DNA from: Marsupella aquatica | Taxonomy: Eukaryota > Plantae > Marchantiophyta | Assembly: GCA_973895155.1 (NCBI GenBank) | Contig: OZ316898.1 | Coordinates: 19,107,292-19,171,291 of the forward strand | DNA: 64,000 nucleotides | Reading direction: 5' to 3' | Shown: positions 13,240 to 25,399 of the stretch, in pieces | How the letters are laid out: every line of letters starts with the position of its first letter | Position numbering within the stretch: the first letter of the stretch is position 1 | Position numbers and translations under genes: made by a program | The notes under the pieces: generated by a model | What the model was told of the DNA's origin: nothing | The model's database searches: none | Seen by the model: only the letters and a program-made list of their open reading frames with translations

Positions 13240-14962
13240 CTCTACTGGCTGCTCGCCTGCTTGCTTGCTTGGTCTGTCCCTAACCTACCAAATTGCTACT
13301 CCCCCTGCCTTCCGAGTCCAGACGACCTGTCGACCGATCTCTAGTACCGCAGTGATAAGTTGTGATCCGAAGCAGCTTGGACAGAGAGATCGATACAGAT
13401 AGTGAGGAGTTGTGACAAAGCACCTTAGATATGTACCAGCCCCGAGCTGGCACTGCCGCTACACAGTTCCCGCTCATCATTGATTTACTCGTGTGATTGC
13501 GGATCTCTGGGCGACGTTTCCCGGGTATCTACGCACGCACCCCAAAAGTAAAATGTCGAGCAACTTGTCCGTTCTCGCAAAAAATTGAGCATCGTATCTA
13601 TCTGGTAGGAATTTGCGGTCATGCCATGTCCGTATCGATAGAGCATGAGCGGTAGGCGCCGGATCATAGTGCGATAGAGAATTATAGGTCGATACAATTA
13701 AGTAATTCTGTTGACCTGGTTCTTCCGATACCTTCGTGCCAAATCCCTCCACTGGTGGCCGAGATTCCACACTTCAATCCGACAGTTGAGTACAGTCGAA
13801 AACAAAATTCAGATCATACGATACGTGAGCCGGAGAAGGAAAGGAAAAATGACCACCAGGGTGGACAACGATCCTTCCACGATGAGTGCTGTACTGTAAG
13901 TTCTCAGACTCCCCGAGCTCAGACGGTCGCTTGGCACGCACGATGCGATGTCCCTTTCGTCAATTGGACAACTTTACAGTCATGTGAGATTGGACGAGAC
14001 TGGACTACTACTGGAGAGAAGCAAGGGAGCTGGCTCGGATCAAGAGTCTCAGACAGTCAAGGCAGGAGCAAACTTCAATGAGGAATGTAGCAAGAGTGAA
14101 ACTGACCCCACGAGGATACTGTTGGACCCAAGGAGCTAAGACCGGCTCTGGTTGTGGACCTGCAAATAATGGGAATGCCAAGTTGACAGTTCTGGCCCCA
14201 TGGGGTGTAGCAGTACAATCGTGGCATTATCTAGTCTGAATGAATGATGCTGGCCACTGGTGATGTCATAGCTAGGGCCGTTATATTAGTTTTCTATAAG
14301 ACTTAGATTTAAAAGAAGTTGGTGGCAGTTTTCACTGTTTTGGGGTCACCAATTAGATATGATTCGGGCCATCCATCACGGAGAATCTCCAAGAAGTGAT
14401 CAGGGCCATCTATTGGGGAGAAACATCCATATTTTGGGTAGAAATTGGGGAGACACTGCTCTTGTTCACTTTTAAAATGTTGGGGACACTTTTCAACGTT
14501 ATCTTGTACTGATCCTATGTGGAAAGGATTTTGCCCAATTTTTCCTTATTCAGAGTACATTCTTGTCCCACATTATAGGTTCCCTGTCTTGGAGTTCTCT
14601 TCTTGTGGTACCTTGGAACATTCTTATTTTGAGTCATTTGCATTAAACCTGAATCCACAAGTTCTTCATATTAAGATATATTTTTGTCAGAGCTAGAAAG
14701 ACACTAGCCCAAGAATACCTTGACATTCAAATGGAGTGGGTCCTCAACCTGTCCTAGTTTTAGCAATTCACGCCAACATGGGTTGCTCGGCTTAGATTTA
14801 CAAGACCTACTGGGCCATAAAAGGATTTCAAAATCATAAAAGGGTTTCAAAATCACTTTAACCCCTTACACTATTTAGGGTGACTGTAAAATGGCCCTCC
14901 AATTTGCTTTGCTGAAAAAAGCTAACAAGTGCCCGCAATGTCTTGTAAAGTCACCCTTATTA

Positions 14963-16965
14963 TCAAACTACTATAATACTTGATCCCGCATTTTTGTAGT
15001 ATCATTCCTTTACAAAAGTGAGTTTGGGCAGAATGATCAGAGGCCATTCGATCAACTGGTGTTTATTCCCAATTGTTTGATTAAAAAATAGACCCCCTCC
15101 ATTCACTCTCCTGCTTTGTTAGCCACAGAAAGGTGAGGATACCTATCCTCAGTCCTTGAGAGTATTGTACACTCTGGCATGGTGAGCTCGCTTTCCCATG
15201 ACCTTGACGGGGACCTTGATCATCGTGTTGCCGCAAGTGTTGTGCAAGAAGTGCACTCCTCATTTATTTATTCCTTTGCACACTATTTGATTTCACTCTT
15301 TTTCTTCTTAAGATTAGTAACAAGTACAGTACTCTTTTGGAGTGTTTGGTTTCACTCTATTTTTTTCTAAGGATTGATTTTATTCTTTGAAGGAAAGACA
15401 CACGGTGAAACTCTCCAACAACACAAGGCAACTTACCGATGTTCTTTTTCTAGATACTCTTTCTTTCTAGCATTCCTAGGTAACAACTTCAATTTTTTTG
15501 TAACAAAGGACACATGGCCAAGTTACTCCAACAAAAGTTGCAACCCAGCTGTTTTTTTTAGGAGGGGTGAAGGGTTTCTGTTTTCTTGGGGAAAGTAACC
15601 TTTTTTTTTCTAATGGTCTAAATTTGTTTTTAGCCTATGATAATAAGTTGTTTAGGGTTGGTTATTGCAGAGGCAAAGATAGGGACATGAGGGCAAGATG
15701 TCCAGGAGAGGGCAAGATGTTCAAGCGAGGGAAAGATGTTGAGGTGAGGGGAAGATCTGGAGGTGAGGGCAAGATGTCAAGGAGAGGCAAATATGTCGAG
15801 CAAAGGGAAAGTTGTCAAGCAAAGGGCAATTAAGATGTCGAGCTGAGGGCAAGTGTCAAGGTGAGGCAAAGATGTTGAGGAAAGTGTAGATGTTAAGTGA
15901 TACAAAGATGTCGAGACAAGGCCAAAATGCAAAAGGCGAGTTTAGATGTAGAGATGATGCAAAGATGTGGGGGTGAGGCAACATTGTCAAGGTGAGGGCT
16001 CAATACTGCCAACTTACAACCATTAGGTGAGGCTCAATCTCACCTGTGTGATGCACTGAAGTGTTTTCATTTGAAAATAAAATGGGTCAATGTCGCTGAG
16101 AGGAAGTGTTGTTGAGAGTAATTGTTTTCAACAGAATTGAAAGTGTTGTGGTTGCGAGATGATTGTATTTGAATAGTAGATCTTAAAAGTACCCTCAAAC
16201 AAAAAAATTGCTGAGAAATATAGTTGAGTGGAAATCTTTTTCAAAAGCAAAAGTGATGATGCACGGAGGTGTTTTCATTTGAAAACGTTGTTGTAGTCTT
16301 GAAAATCTTGCTTAATTTTGGTACCACATTGTTGGTAAAAAAACAGCACATATATATAGACCATGGCAACTAAGGGCAGAAGTTTGATTCTTTTCATTTT
16401 TTCTTTTCAAAAAGGCGGGGCTGGAGCCCAGAACACAACCGAAGGATGAAAGGCCGCCCACCGGGGGGGGGGGGGGAGCCCAGAGGTCCAACCCAACCAG
16501 GCACAAAAGGGCAGAAGTTTGACTAAAGGGGAAGCAAAATAAGCCATTATAGGGGGCAGAGGAGGGAGACATAGAATGAATGACCTATATATAAATGTCT
16601 AAACAATGGGAGAACCAATTTAATGGTGGGCCAACCCAATGCAAAGAGAGAGGGTGGGGGATGATTTTCCATGAAATTCAATCCCCACCTTTCCAAAATA
16701 AATGCAATGTGGGAGGGGCCGGCCCAGGGCTAGTAAGGGTGAATAGACGTACAATTCTCCTTGACATCTAGCTTTCCCTCACCTCTACATCTTTGCCTCT
16801 CATCTTGCCCTTGTCTCAACATCTTGCCCTTGCCTCAACATCTTGCCTTCACCTTAACATCTTCCCCCTCACGTTTTTCCCTCTCCTCGACATCTAAGTA
16901 GCCCTCTCCTCGATATCTAGCCCTCACCTCAGAATCTTTCGTGCAACGCAGGGGCATTGGGCTAG
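14963..16965 (+). mobile_element. Non-autonomous Helitron (~2.0 kb)
   Basis: 5' TC follows an A. The 3' end CGTGCAACGCAGGGGCATTGGGCTAG is followed by T (degenerate hairpin plus CTAG). Removing the element rebuilds AAGTCACCCTTATTA|TCATATATATAA, matching the uninterrupted neighbouring repeat at ~17055-17080. Confidence 0.85.
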
Positions 16966-17170
16966 TCATATATATAACCTACCTTCTTGACAGAATTTAA
17001 GTATGGACAACGGCCAATGCCTTCCATTATAGTGCCCCAAGGTCTGACTGGTAAAGTCACTCTTATTATCATATATATAATGGACCTGCCTTCCTGACAG
17101 AATCTAAGAATGGACAATGGGCGAGTGCCTTCCATTATTTATCACAATGCCTTCCATTATTTATCACAAT
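16966..17170. repeat. ~100-bp tandem repeat hosting the Helitron
   Basis: TCATATATATAA...CCTTCTTGACAGAAT...TGCCTTCCATTAT occurs twice; the left part of the interrupted unit is at ~14928-14962. Confidence 0.75.
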
Positions 17171-17798
17171 TTGACTGTACAAGAATTCTTATTGGACCCA
17201 TGACTGTGTATCAGGATAATTTTCACAGCCATTGGCCCAATTTCTCCTAAACAACACGAGGTGAAAGCGCGCCCATCCATCTGTCCATTAAAATAAAACG
17301 GGGAGGCAGGAGGTGTTGACTATGGAGATGGTATCTGTCACGATTGACACTTTAATAGAAATGAACTTGGGTCCTTGGAATGGTGTACAGTGAATCAGCT
17401 ATCATTCAATGATATCAGCCTCACAGTTACCTGCATCTTGACAACCTCATTGACATTTGGCTGGGAGATTTTGGCTACCTCACCGACCAATGCGCACATT
17501 CGGATGGTACTCTGGGTTGTGGATCGAGTCTTGCAAAATGCTGTTGGTGAGGGTCACCGAGTTGAGCAAGTCAAATTAAACAAGAACTTGTCGGGTTGAA
17601 ACAAATGTAAGCTGCCCACTGAAATGTACAAACTTTATTTCATATGATTTGGATTACACACTCCCAATGAAACAAAACACAGACTCCCACTATAGCCGTA
17701 CTTCACTACTCTATGTCAATGAAATAGACCAGCATGGGAAATAGCTTTTGCCTTTTCCCATATTTGTTGTGAGGTAGCACACGTTGGACACATCATAC

Positions 17799-18421
17799 CC
17801 TCAACCCTCGGCCCGGTTTGACCTTGCCCGTCAAACTGGCCGAAAACTCCGGCAAAACGACAACCCGGCACCCGAGTTTGGGAGCGGTCGAGGCCGGGTT
17901 CGGGCGAGGGTTCGGGAGAGGTCCGGGCCGGGGTAGGGGGGGGGAGCCAGTCTGGGGGGAGGGAGCTGGTCCAGGGGGGTCGGGGGAGCCGGTCCAGGGG
18001 GGGGGGCTGGTCCGTGGGGGGTTTGGGGGAGCCGGTCTGGGTGTGGGGGGAGCGGGTTCGGGAGAGGTCTGAGAAGTGTCCGGGGGAGTTCGGGAATTGT
18101 TCCGGGGGGTCCAGGGGGAGGTGGGGAAGGGTCCGGTCTGAGTTCGGGAGAGGTCTGGGCCGGGATCGGGGGGAGGGGGGGGGGTGAGGGGGGTGAGCCC
18201 GGGGAGCCGGTCCGGGTGTGGGGGGGGGGGGGGAGCCAGTTCGGGAGAGGTTTGGGAAGTGTCCAGGGCTATCCGGGAATTGTCCAGGGGGGGTCTGGGG
18301 GGGTCCTGGGGGAGTCGGGAGAATCTCAATGAATATGCGTCAAACTTCCAGTTTTAGGGCCGTCATTTGACGGTTACGTGCCCGGCAAGGCCTCAAGTTG
18401 CCAGTCAGGTTAAACCGAGGG
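17799..18421. mobile_element. G-rich non-autonomous TIR element, copy 2 (longer)
   Basis: Ends CGGTTTGACCTTGCCCGTCAAA and CAGGTTAAACCGAGG match copy 1. The flanks share TCATAC. The interior has many GGG(G) runs on the + strand. Boundaries are approximate. Confidence 0.6.
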
Positions 18422-19286
18422 GCTCATACTGGTGACTGAATTCAATTGATAAGTCAAACTACTTTATGGAGTTGTCAGCCCAACTTATCAATAAATGTTC
18501 CTGATGTATTTCTTGCAACAACTGATGAATGCATACATACAAAACAAACAAAAATGCCCTACTTATGTGTGGTCTAGCTACAATGTTTTACAGTTTAGTT
18601 AGGGTGCATCTGCGCATATGAATATTGCATTTTTGCACATTTACAACCAAAATCCTCGTTATAGTAAGGGACTATATTATGGCAGACGCTTCTCACTCCC
18701 CATTCCCTAATTTTTTATCTAGACCGAATCGCCATTCAGCATTCGATCATTGTCAATCTCAGACTTCGAACTCCAATCATGAAATTAATGTGAAACTGCT
18801 GTCCACATTGGAATAGGGACGACGATCAACACAGGGGGTAGAGCAACCGGAGCAGAAACTCTCGGCATTCCCGGCGAAATTTTCAATAACTTAGGAGGAG
18901 TCTAGGTCTACAAATACTCGACGACTGAGACGACGATCTAGCGATCCAACTGAAAAGACGATCGAAACGACCTAGACTATCGAACCACAGCGAATTTTCA
19001 AGGACTGGTCGATCATCAACAAATCCAATTATAGGTTTTGCAGTGTCATACTGCTCCTTCTATTCTGGGGACACTTATAACATTCGCCGTCAGTTTTCGG
19101 TGAGGGAGCGGGACTAGAATGATGTTACAGCAGGTGCTTCAAGGCCGATCACACACATTTCTGAAAGTGAAGCAGATCATGCGGCGAGCAGCTGCGTTGA
19201 GTTCGGAGTACACGGTGAGTTGAAGTATATTCATTTGTCTCGATCGTCCTTGAAAACAATGAAACAGGTTCAAAGTCATTACACCA

Positions 19287-20999
19287 TCACCTTCCCATGT
19301 ACTGCTGCGGGGGAGCTTGCGGTGGCTGCTCATACACATGTTTCACACCTGCGTACCCTGCTTGTCAACACAAACCACAGCAGATGTACGTTAGAAGCCG
19401 CCCAGGGAGCACTGAAGACGCATTGAATAGTGGATACATACTGCAGGCCCGCTCTGGGATCCCATCGAAGCCCCATGGCAAACCTTATGTACGTCAACAG
19501 CAAGAAAGCAATCTCGGAGGAAGAGGAAATGTGAGGCAGGGCACACGCACCGAGTGCAGGGTTTACGCCGCGGTTTTCGAGCTCGCGGTAAACTTGGCAG
19601 ACGGAGCAAGTGAGGCAACAATAATCAGTCAAGCAATCTCCGCAAGGGCTGGCAGGGAGACCGAACTTTTGACGCAGGCGCCCTCGGTAGCCACATGTGT
19701 AAATGAAGCCGCATCCGGTACAGGACTGGAGGCAACAGAAGAGACAACAACTCGAGCCGCATGCTGCATCCAACACCAAAATTCATATTAGCAGACGTAC
19801 ACAATATCATACTTCTGAAACCATTCAACAAAGCAGTCCAAAAAAATGTTTGATACTATAACCTTGGAAGGGCATATAGATGTAGACTGCGGCTGCTGCA
19901 ATTGAATCATCCCGAGCTAATTGGATCGAGTAGGGAATTTCTCTGGCTGACGAAAGGAAGCGCATATCAAGGGAGACCCTTACCGGTTTTTCTATTTCTC
20001 AACAGAACTTTCTTCCAACTGTACCATTTTGGCTCGTTTTCCCAAACTTGATAGTTATGTTCTTGCACTCGTAGAGACGCTTTGATTACATTTTAGACAG
20101 AATGATCTAAACGATATTACAAGCAAAACCCTGGTATTTGTCGAAGATATGGATTTAACTCTACTAAGAGGTCTCAAACACTAGGAAGCGTGGGTTCGGG
20201 TGAGACCCGGGAGAGTAGGACACAACTTACATGTGGCGCCTTGATCGATGATCTCAACATAACGTCCGATCAAGACACAAGGACACCAGAATCCCAAGCA
20301 ACCTGCACGTATTGAAAGGCTAATATGTCAGTAATAGACCAAATAATAAGATGCAATTACTTCATATTGTTTATCATAAATCCAGGGCCGACAAATATTC
20401 CAACTCCGATCCAATCCTCGGAATGTACTCACATTGTGTGAAAACTGGTGATCATGATGCTGGTAATGCGAAGTGTGATCTATAGCAGTTAGCTTCGTTT
20501 CAACCGATTCCAGCTAACAGAAATTCTGATCTAATGGCAGCCTCTTTCAATATTTCCAACCGTCCTCTTCGTCTCGCCAGGTTTCTGCTAAATTCTTGGT
20601 AGACGTTGCATGCAGTTCTCATTTCGAAGACTAATCTCTATTCATACATGAGCTATGATCTAAGCGAGAAACAAGAGCATCACAAATGTGCTAACTATCA
20701 CAATGCGCCTCTATCTGCTGGGTAGGACGAAAATCTGACACTTAGGTTCTATATGTATGCTACAGTCGTGGTTGGTCTTCTTCACATTCCTAATGTCGTA
20801 AACAGCTTAGAAACTAAGAGGAAGACGAACGCAATCTCGGACTTTCTCCGTCTCCATAAGAAATGTCGCAAGCACACCGGTAAAGCGATTTTTGAAAGGT
20901 GGAAGGCTTACATGATCCAACGTTCTCGAAGCATCCACACAACCCTGTGGACCATTGGCTACTGTTCGGAGGAGGGAATGTCTGTACGGGGTATGCCAT
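19287..20999 (-). CDS. PLAC8-family Cys-rich protein (PCR/CNR/FW2.2-like), copy B, 147 aa; exons 20999-20912, 20302-20231, 19763-19551, 19357-19287
   Basis: Spliced product MAYPVQTFPPPNSSQWSTGLCGCFENVGSCCLGFWCPCVLIGRYVEIIDQGATSCGSSCC...CQVYRELENRGVNPALGYAGVKHVYEQPPQAPPQQYMGR*. It has the canonical CCxxxxCPC motif, and all introns are GT-AG. Confidence 0.94.
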
Positions 21000-23521
21000 C
21001 TCGGCGTGCCTGCTTGCTTGCTTACTTCCTTCTCGTCTGTCTGTATCCTGATAGCTACTCGCCCTGCCTTCGAGTCAAGGGTAGCTGGTCGACTGATCCC
21101 TAGTACTGCAGTAATATGTACTGATCTGAAGCAACTTGGACAGATAAGTAGTGATCTGAAGCAACTTGGAAAGACAGATAGATCGAGAGGATTCGAGCTG
21201 GAGCACCTCAAATATCTACCAATCCCGAATTTGCATTGGCCCACTACAAGGATTCCCGCTGATCGATAAACTTCATAAATGCCTGCTGCGATTGGCAAAG
21301 CTCTGCAGGGCCGGGCTGACCGTTTCCCGGAAATTCTACGCGCTCGATCAAGCTCTAAAGTCAAATGTCGAGCCACTTGTCCGTTCTCGCCGGCACAAGT
21401 TGGTGAGAGTCATATACTCATATCTATCCGGTTGGACCGACTCTACAACCCACCATGGCGGGATCCTTCCCCCAGGAGCGAGAAAGTCGTCGACTGTGCC
21501 AGTGCCAAAAATTCACACAACTCATCTCCAGCCGGCAAAAACAACATCCTCATACCCTTACTGCTCCAACAGTTCAATCTGGAATCTACGGTCATGCCAT
21601 GTCCCTATGAATAGAGCACGAGCGGTAGCGCTGGATCAGAGTCCGAGCGAGAATCGGGGGTCGATACAGTAGTAAGTAATTCTTGTAACCTGCTTCTTCC
21701 GAATTCTACGTGCCAAATGCCCTCACGTACTGGTAGCCGACGTTGCAGACATCATTTCTGCAGCTGCGTACTGTCGAAAACAAAATGCAGATACGTTACA
21801 CGAGCCTGACAAGGGGAAAGTCCACAGGATGAGCAGGATTGACGATGTTCGTTGCACGATGTAAAGTCATTTCTCAGAGTCCCCGAGCTTCCAATGCTGG
21901 CTAGTGACCCGGTCTCAGACATTCTCAGACGCCCACATTAACGCGTCCCAATGACACTTTTGTCGATGTCACAAGAGACTTGAGAGTGTCCTTCGCATTC
22001 ATTGACTACATCCTAGGATTAATTTCCTAGGAGCCAACTCGCTGTGATTGACCCGTTGTTATGGCCCTCAAAATCATAATAACTGAGGTCATAACTCGCA
22101 TGTGATTCACCCGTTTTATGCCCCTGCACGTAATCATTGGTGATTGGTGATAATATACAGTTTGCACATTTAAAGAAAATAACCAAAAATTTATCATGGT
22201 ACGGAAGGATAGTATGCACTATTTAAAGAAAATAGCCAAATTTAGCATGGTATGGAAGGGTATTGAAGGTATTTGTTTGGTTGACCCCCAAAATGAAACG
22301 TGTTACGTGATCGACCCCCTGAGGTTTATGAATGGTCCCGATCAGATATCGAAAGGTCCATCAACAATCCAGATTGGGAAAAGTATGGAGGGGTAGATTA
22401 AGCAAACTTAATTTTTCCAAAAGAGGGTTTACCAAGCATATCTCTCAGGGATATTGTACACTTTATATCTCAGATTTTGATGTGGAGTTACTGGGCCATT
22501 TTATGCTGCCCTTAAAAATCATTGATGTCATGATATCATAGGGGGTCTCAAATAAAGAACTCTTTATCTTGTGGGCTGCAACCCGTAAAGTGACCCAGAG
22601 GTAAGTTTCACTGATACGCAGACCTTTAGAGGTTCATTTTGTTGGGTTCAGGGAGTGGTGGGGATGTGACAGTTAAATTCTGTGACAAAGTGTGCGAGCA
22701 GACTCAGTGAGTGCCCCAAGTTTTTATATAGGCAGCGGGTTTGGAACCTAAACTCGGACTTCTGTGAGACTGCCCACGGGTTAGATTAATTTGAAACCCC
22801 CTATTAATTCAGTGAGACTTTTATGTGATTTGTTATGCGGCTCTCAAAATAACTTAACTGATTTGATGATATCATTAATGAGTCTACTTTCATGTCTTGA
22901 AGCCTCAGTGTTAGTAAAACAAGTCAGTAATATTAGCAAGAAAAAAAGTTGTTCAGTTTTGTCCTTCCCAAAGATGAATTGCAATGGCTATTTAAGTCCT
23001 TCCTCAGGCAGGCCTCATTGCGTCTCATGTGGAGAGCTAAGAGCAAATGTTGTCTGAATAGTATCCTTGGGAATAAAACAACTATGTATTGGGTGAATAG
23101 ACAAAAGAGGCACAAACACATTTGCACACATCACATATAGCAGATTATTTTTTCATGATATATGATCTTGAACCAGGTTACTACCCGCAAAGGAAGGGCT
23201 AACCTTACATCAGAGTATCAGACACTCACACTGTTCTGCATTCCTATAAACCAGTTTGACTGCCCATCATTCTTTGGGCCGTGCATTATGTGGGTGAGTT
23301 TATTCAAGCCCATTGCCAATTCACTGCTTTGTGATCAATTGTTTTCCAGTTACTCCTCACAACCTGTGTCATTTTCAGAGACTTGCCCTACCTCAAATCA
23401 GAGCCCAAATCCCGGTATTGCATGCACACAACTTCAGTTCGTGCCTTCCCAATCATTGGGGATTTAGACCATAATTAAGTTAGGAATTAAATAGGCTCAC
23501 ATTGCTGTTATATAGTTAAAT

Positions 23522-23784
23522 TATTGCTAATGAGTGTTGCTAAGGATTGAAATAAATTGAAGTCAACTTACACCCCCTATGGAATCTCAAAATAGCTGAC
23601 TTGAAAGTTGGAAAAGATGCTTGGCACAAAAGATGTGAAAATGAGGAAAAGATCTCCAAGTGAAAGTGTATTATAGTATTAAGATTATTACTAATGAGTG
23701 ATGCTGTGATTGGAATACATTGAAGTCAACTTACACCCCCTATGGAATCTCAAAATAGCTGACTGGAAGGTTTGAAAAGATGCT
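23522..23784. repeat. Imperfect direct duplication, ~165-bp period
   Basis: ATTGAAGTCAACTTACACCCCC...GGAATCTCAAAATAGCTGACT occurs at ~23556 and ~23719. Confidence 0.8.
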
Positions 23785-24924
23785 CAGATAGATGGTAGCA
23801 ATCCACAATCAGGGACCATTTTGAAACATCATTCTACTCAGATAGCACCATTCCTTTGTGCAGGTGTTCAGCTTTTAGGTGCAAAAAATCTTCGGTCCAA
23901 GAAGCACGTGCTGGGGCAACACATTGTTGTCCAACTACTCCAGGGCTATTGGATTCCATTATCATGAGGTGAATGACTCTACTACCGTTCTCATTGGGCC
24001 AATGGCACTAAAAACTCTAATTATAGGCAAATTTCACCCAAATAGCTCTGGGTGAGAGTATGTCCCAGTCTATCCATCTATTATGATCCATTAATATAAA
24101 ACAGGGAAGTTTGGGTGGGGACTGGGGGAGATGGTATTCTCTGATGAACAGTAACCACTGAAAGTTTGGTGGAAATGAGTGATGCAGATTATTTTGAAGA
24201 AAGTCAACTAGAGAGACAGTGTTATGGAGGGGTCTGGAGATCGAATCAAGGATACCATTCAATGTATTTTTTAGGTGCAAATGTTTGCCAAATTCCACCT
24301 CCCCAAAAAGTGTTCTCCACTTTTGGCTAACATTTGCTAGATTTTTGTATGCCATTAATTAGCCACTTTCCCACCAAATCAAGCCCCAAAAGCTAACAAA
24401 GAATTTTCTTAGCATCTCCTCCATTAGAGCTGCTGACATTAGCCACACTGGCTAATCACTAGAAGAAAACAGGGCCCTTTATGACCAATCACCCAATGAC
24501 GGAGATGAATAAATGACCAAAATTTTTAATGACACAAAAAGAATGACAGGGGAATGACTGTCCACAATGACCAATGGACTAAAATGACAAAATGTTAACT
24601 TTTGCGTCATTTTGTATAATGTCTGTAATGACTGATGTGACCAAAATGACCCAATTTCCCTAAATGGTCAATTTAGACACATGTCTTAAATGATGCAATT
24701 AATAACAACAATGATAAATCAGTGTTTAACAACATTATAGTCACTCTGGACAATGATTGAAATGACCAAAAATCTATTTGAGTCATTTTGGACAACGGTG
24801 ATAAATGACAAAAAATGTATTACCGTCATTTTAACCAACGGTGTTAAATGACAAAATATAGGGTTTACAACATTATAAATGTTTACAACAACATATATCA
24901 TTGTTTACAACAATGATATATCAA

Positions 24925-25305
24925 TGTTTACAACAACATATTGTCATTATGGATTTCTCCCATAAATGACTAACTCTAGAGTCAATCTTGAAATTAGGAC
25001 ATATCAGTGTTTACAAGAACATACCGTCATTATGGACTTCTCTCATAAATGACTAACTCTAGGGTCAATCTTGAAATTAGGACATATCAGTGTTTACAAG
25101 AACATACCGTCATTATGGACTTCTCTCATAAATGACTAACTCTAGAGTCAAACTTGAAATTAGGATATATCGGTGTTTACAATAATATACTGTCATTATG
25201 GACTTGTTGCATAAATGACTAAATATAGGGTCAATCTAAAAATCATGATATATCAATATTTACAATAACATACAGTCATTATGGACTTATTGCATAAATG
25301 ACTAC
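24925..25305. repeat. Subterminal tandem repeat, ~82-bp unit x ~4.5
   Basis: GTTTACAAGAACATACCGTCATTATGGACTTCTCTCATAAATGACTAACTCTAG... is repeated. Confidence 0.85.
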
Positions 25306-25399
25306 TTATAGAGTCATTAAAGAACCCAAGAGATATGAAGATTAAAATACTCAATAGTCATTCCAGACACCGGTCATAATTGTAGAGTCATTGATATAG

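Noticed and set aside
17793-18329. Pro-rich and Gly-rich ORFs (also 7721-7949)
   Set aside because: Translation artefacts of G-run DNA inside TIR elements.
20753-21672. Several 100-190-aa ORFs around the PLAC8 5' regions, plus ORFs 11725-12243 and 19297-19791
   Set aside because: They are antisense or UTR/intron shadows of the spliced PLAC8 genes and are not conserved as frames between the duplicates.
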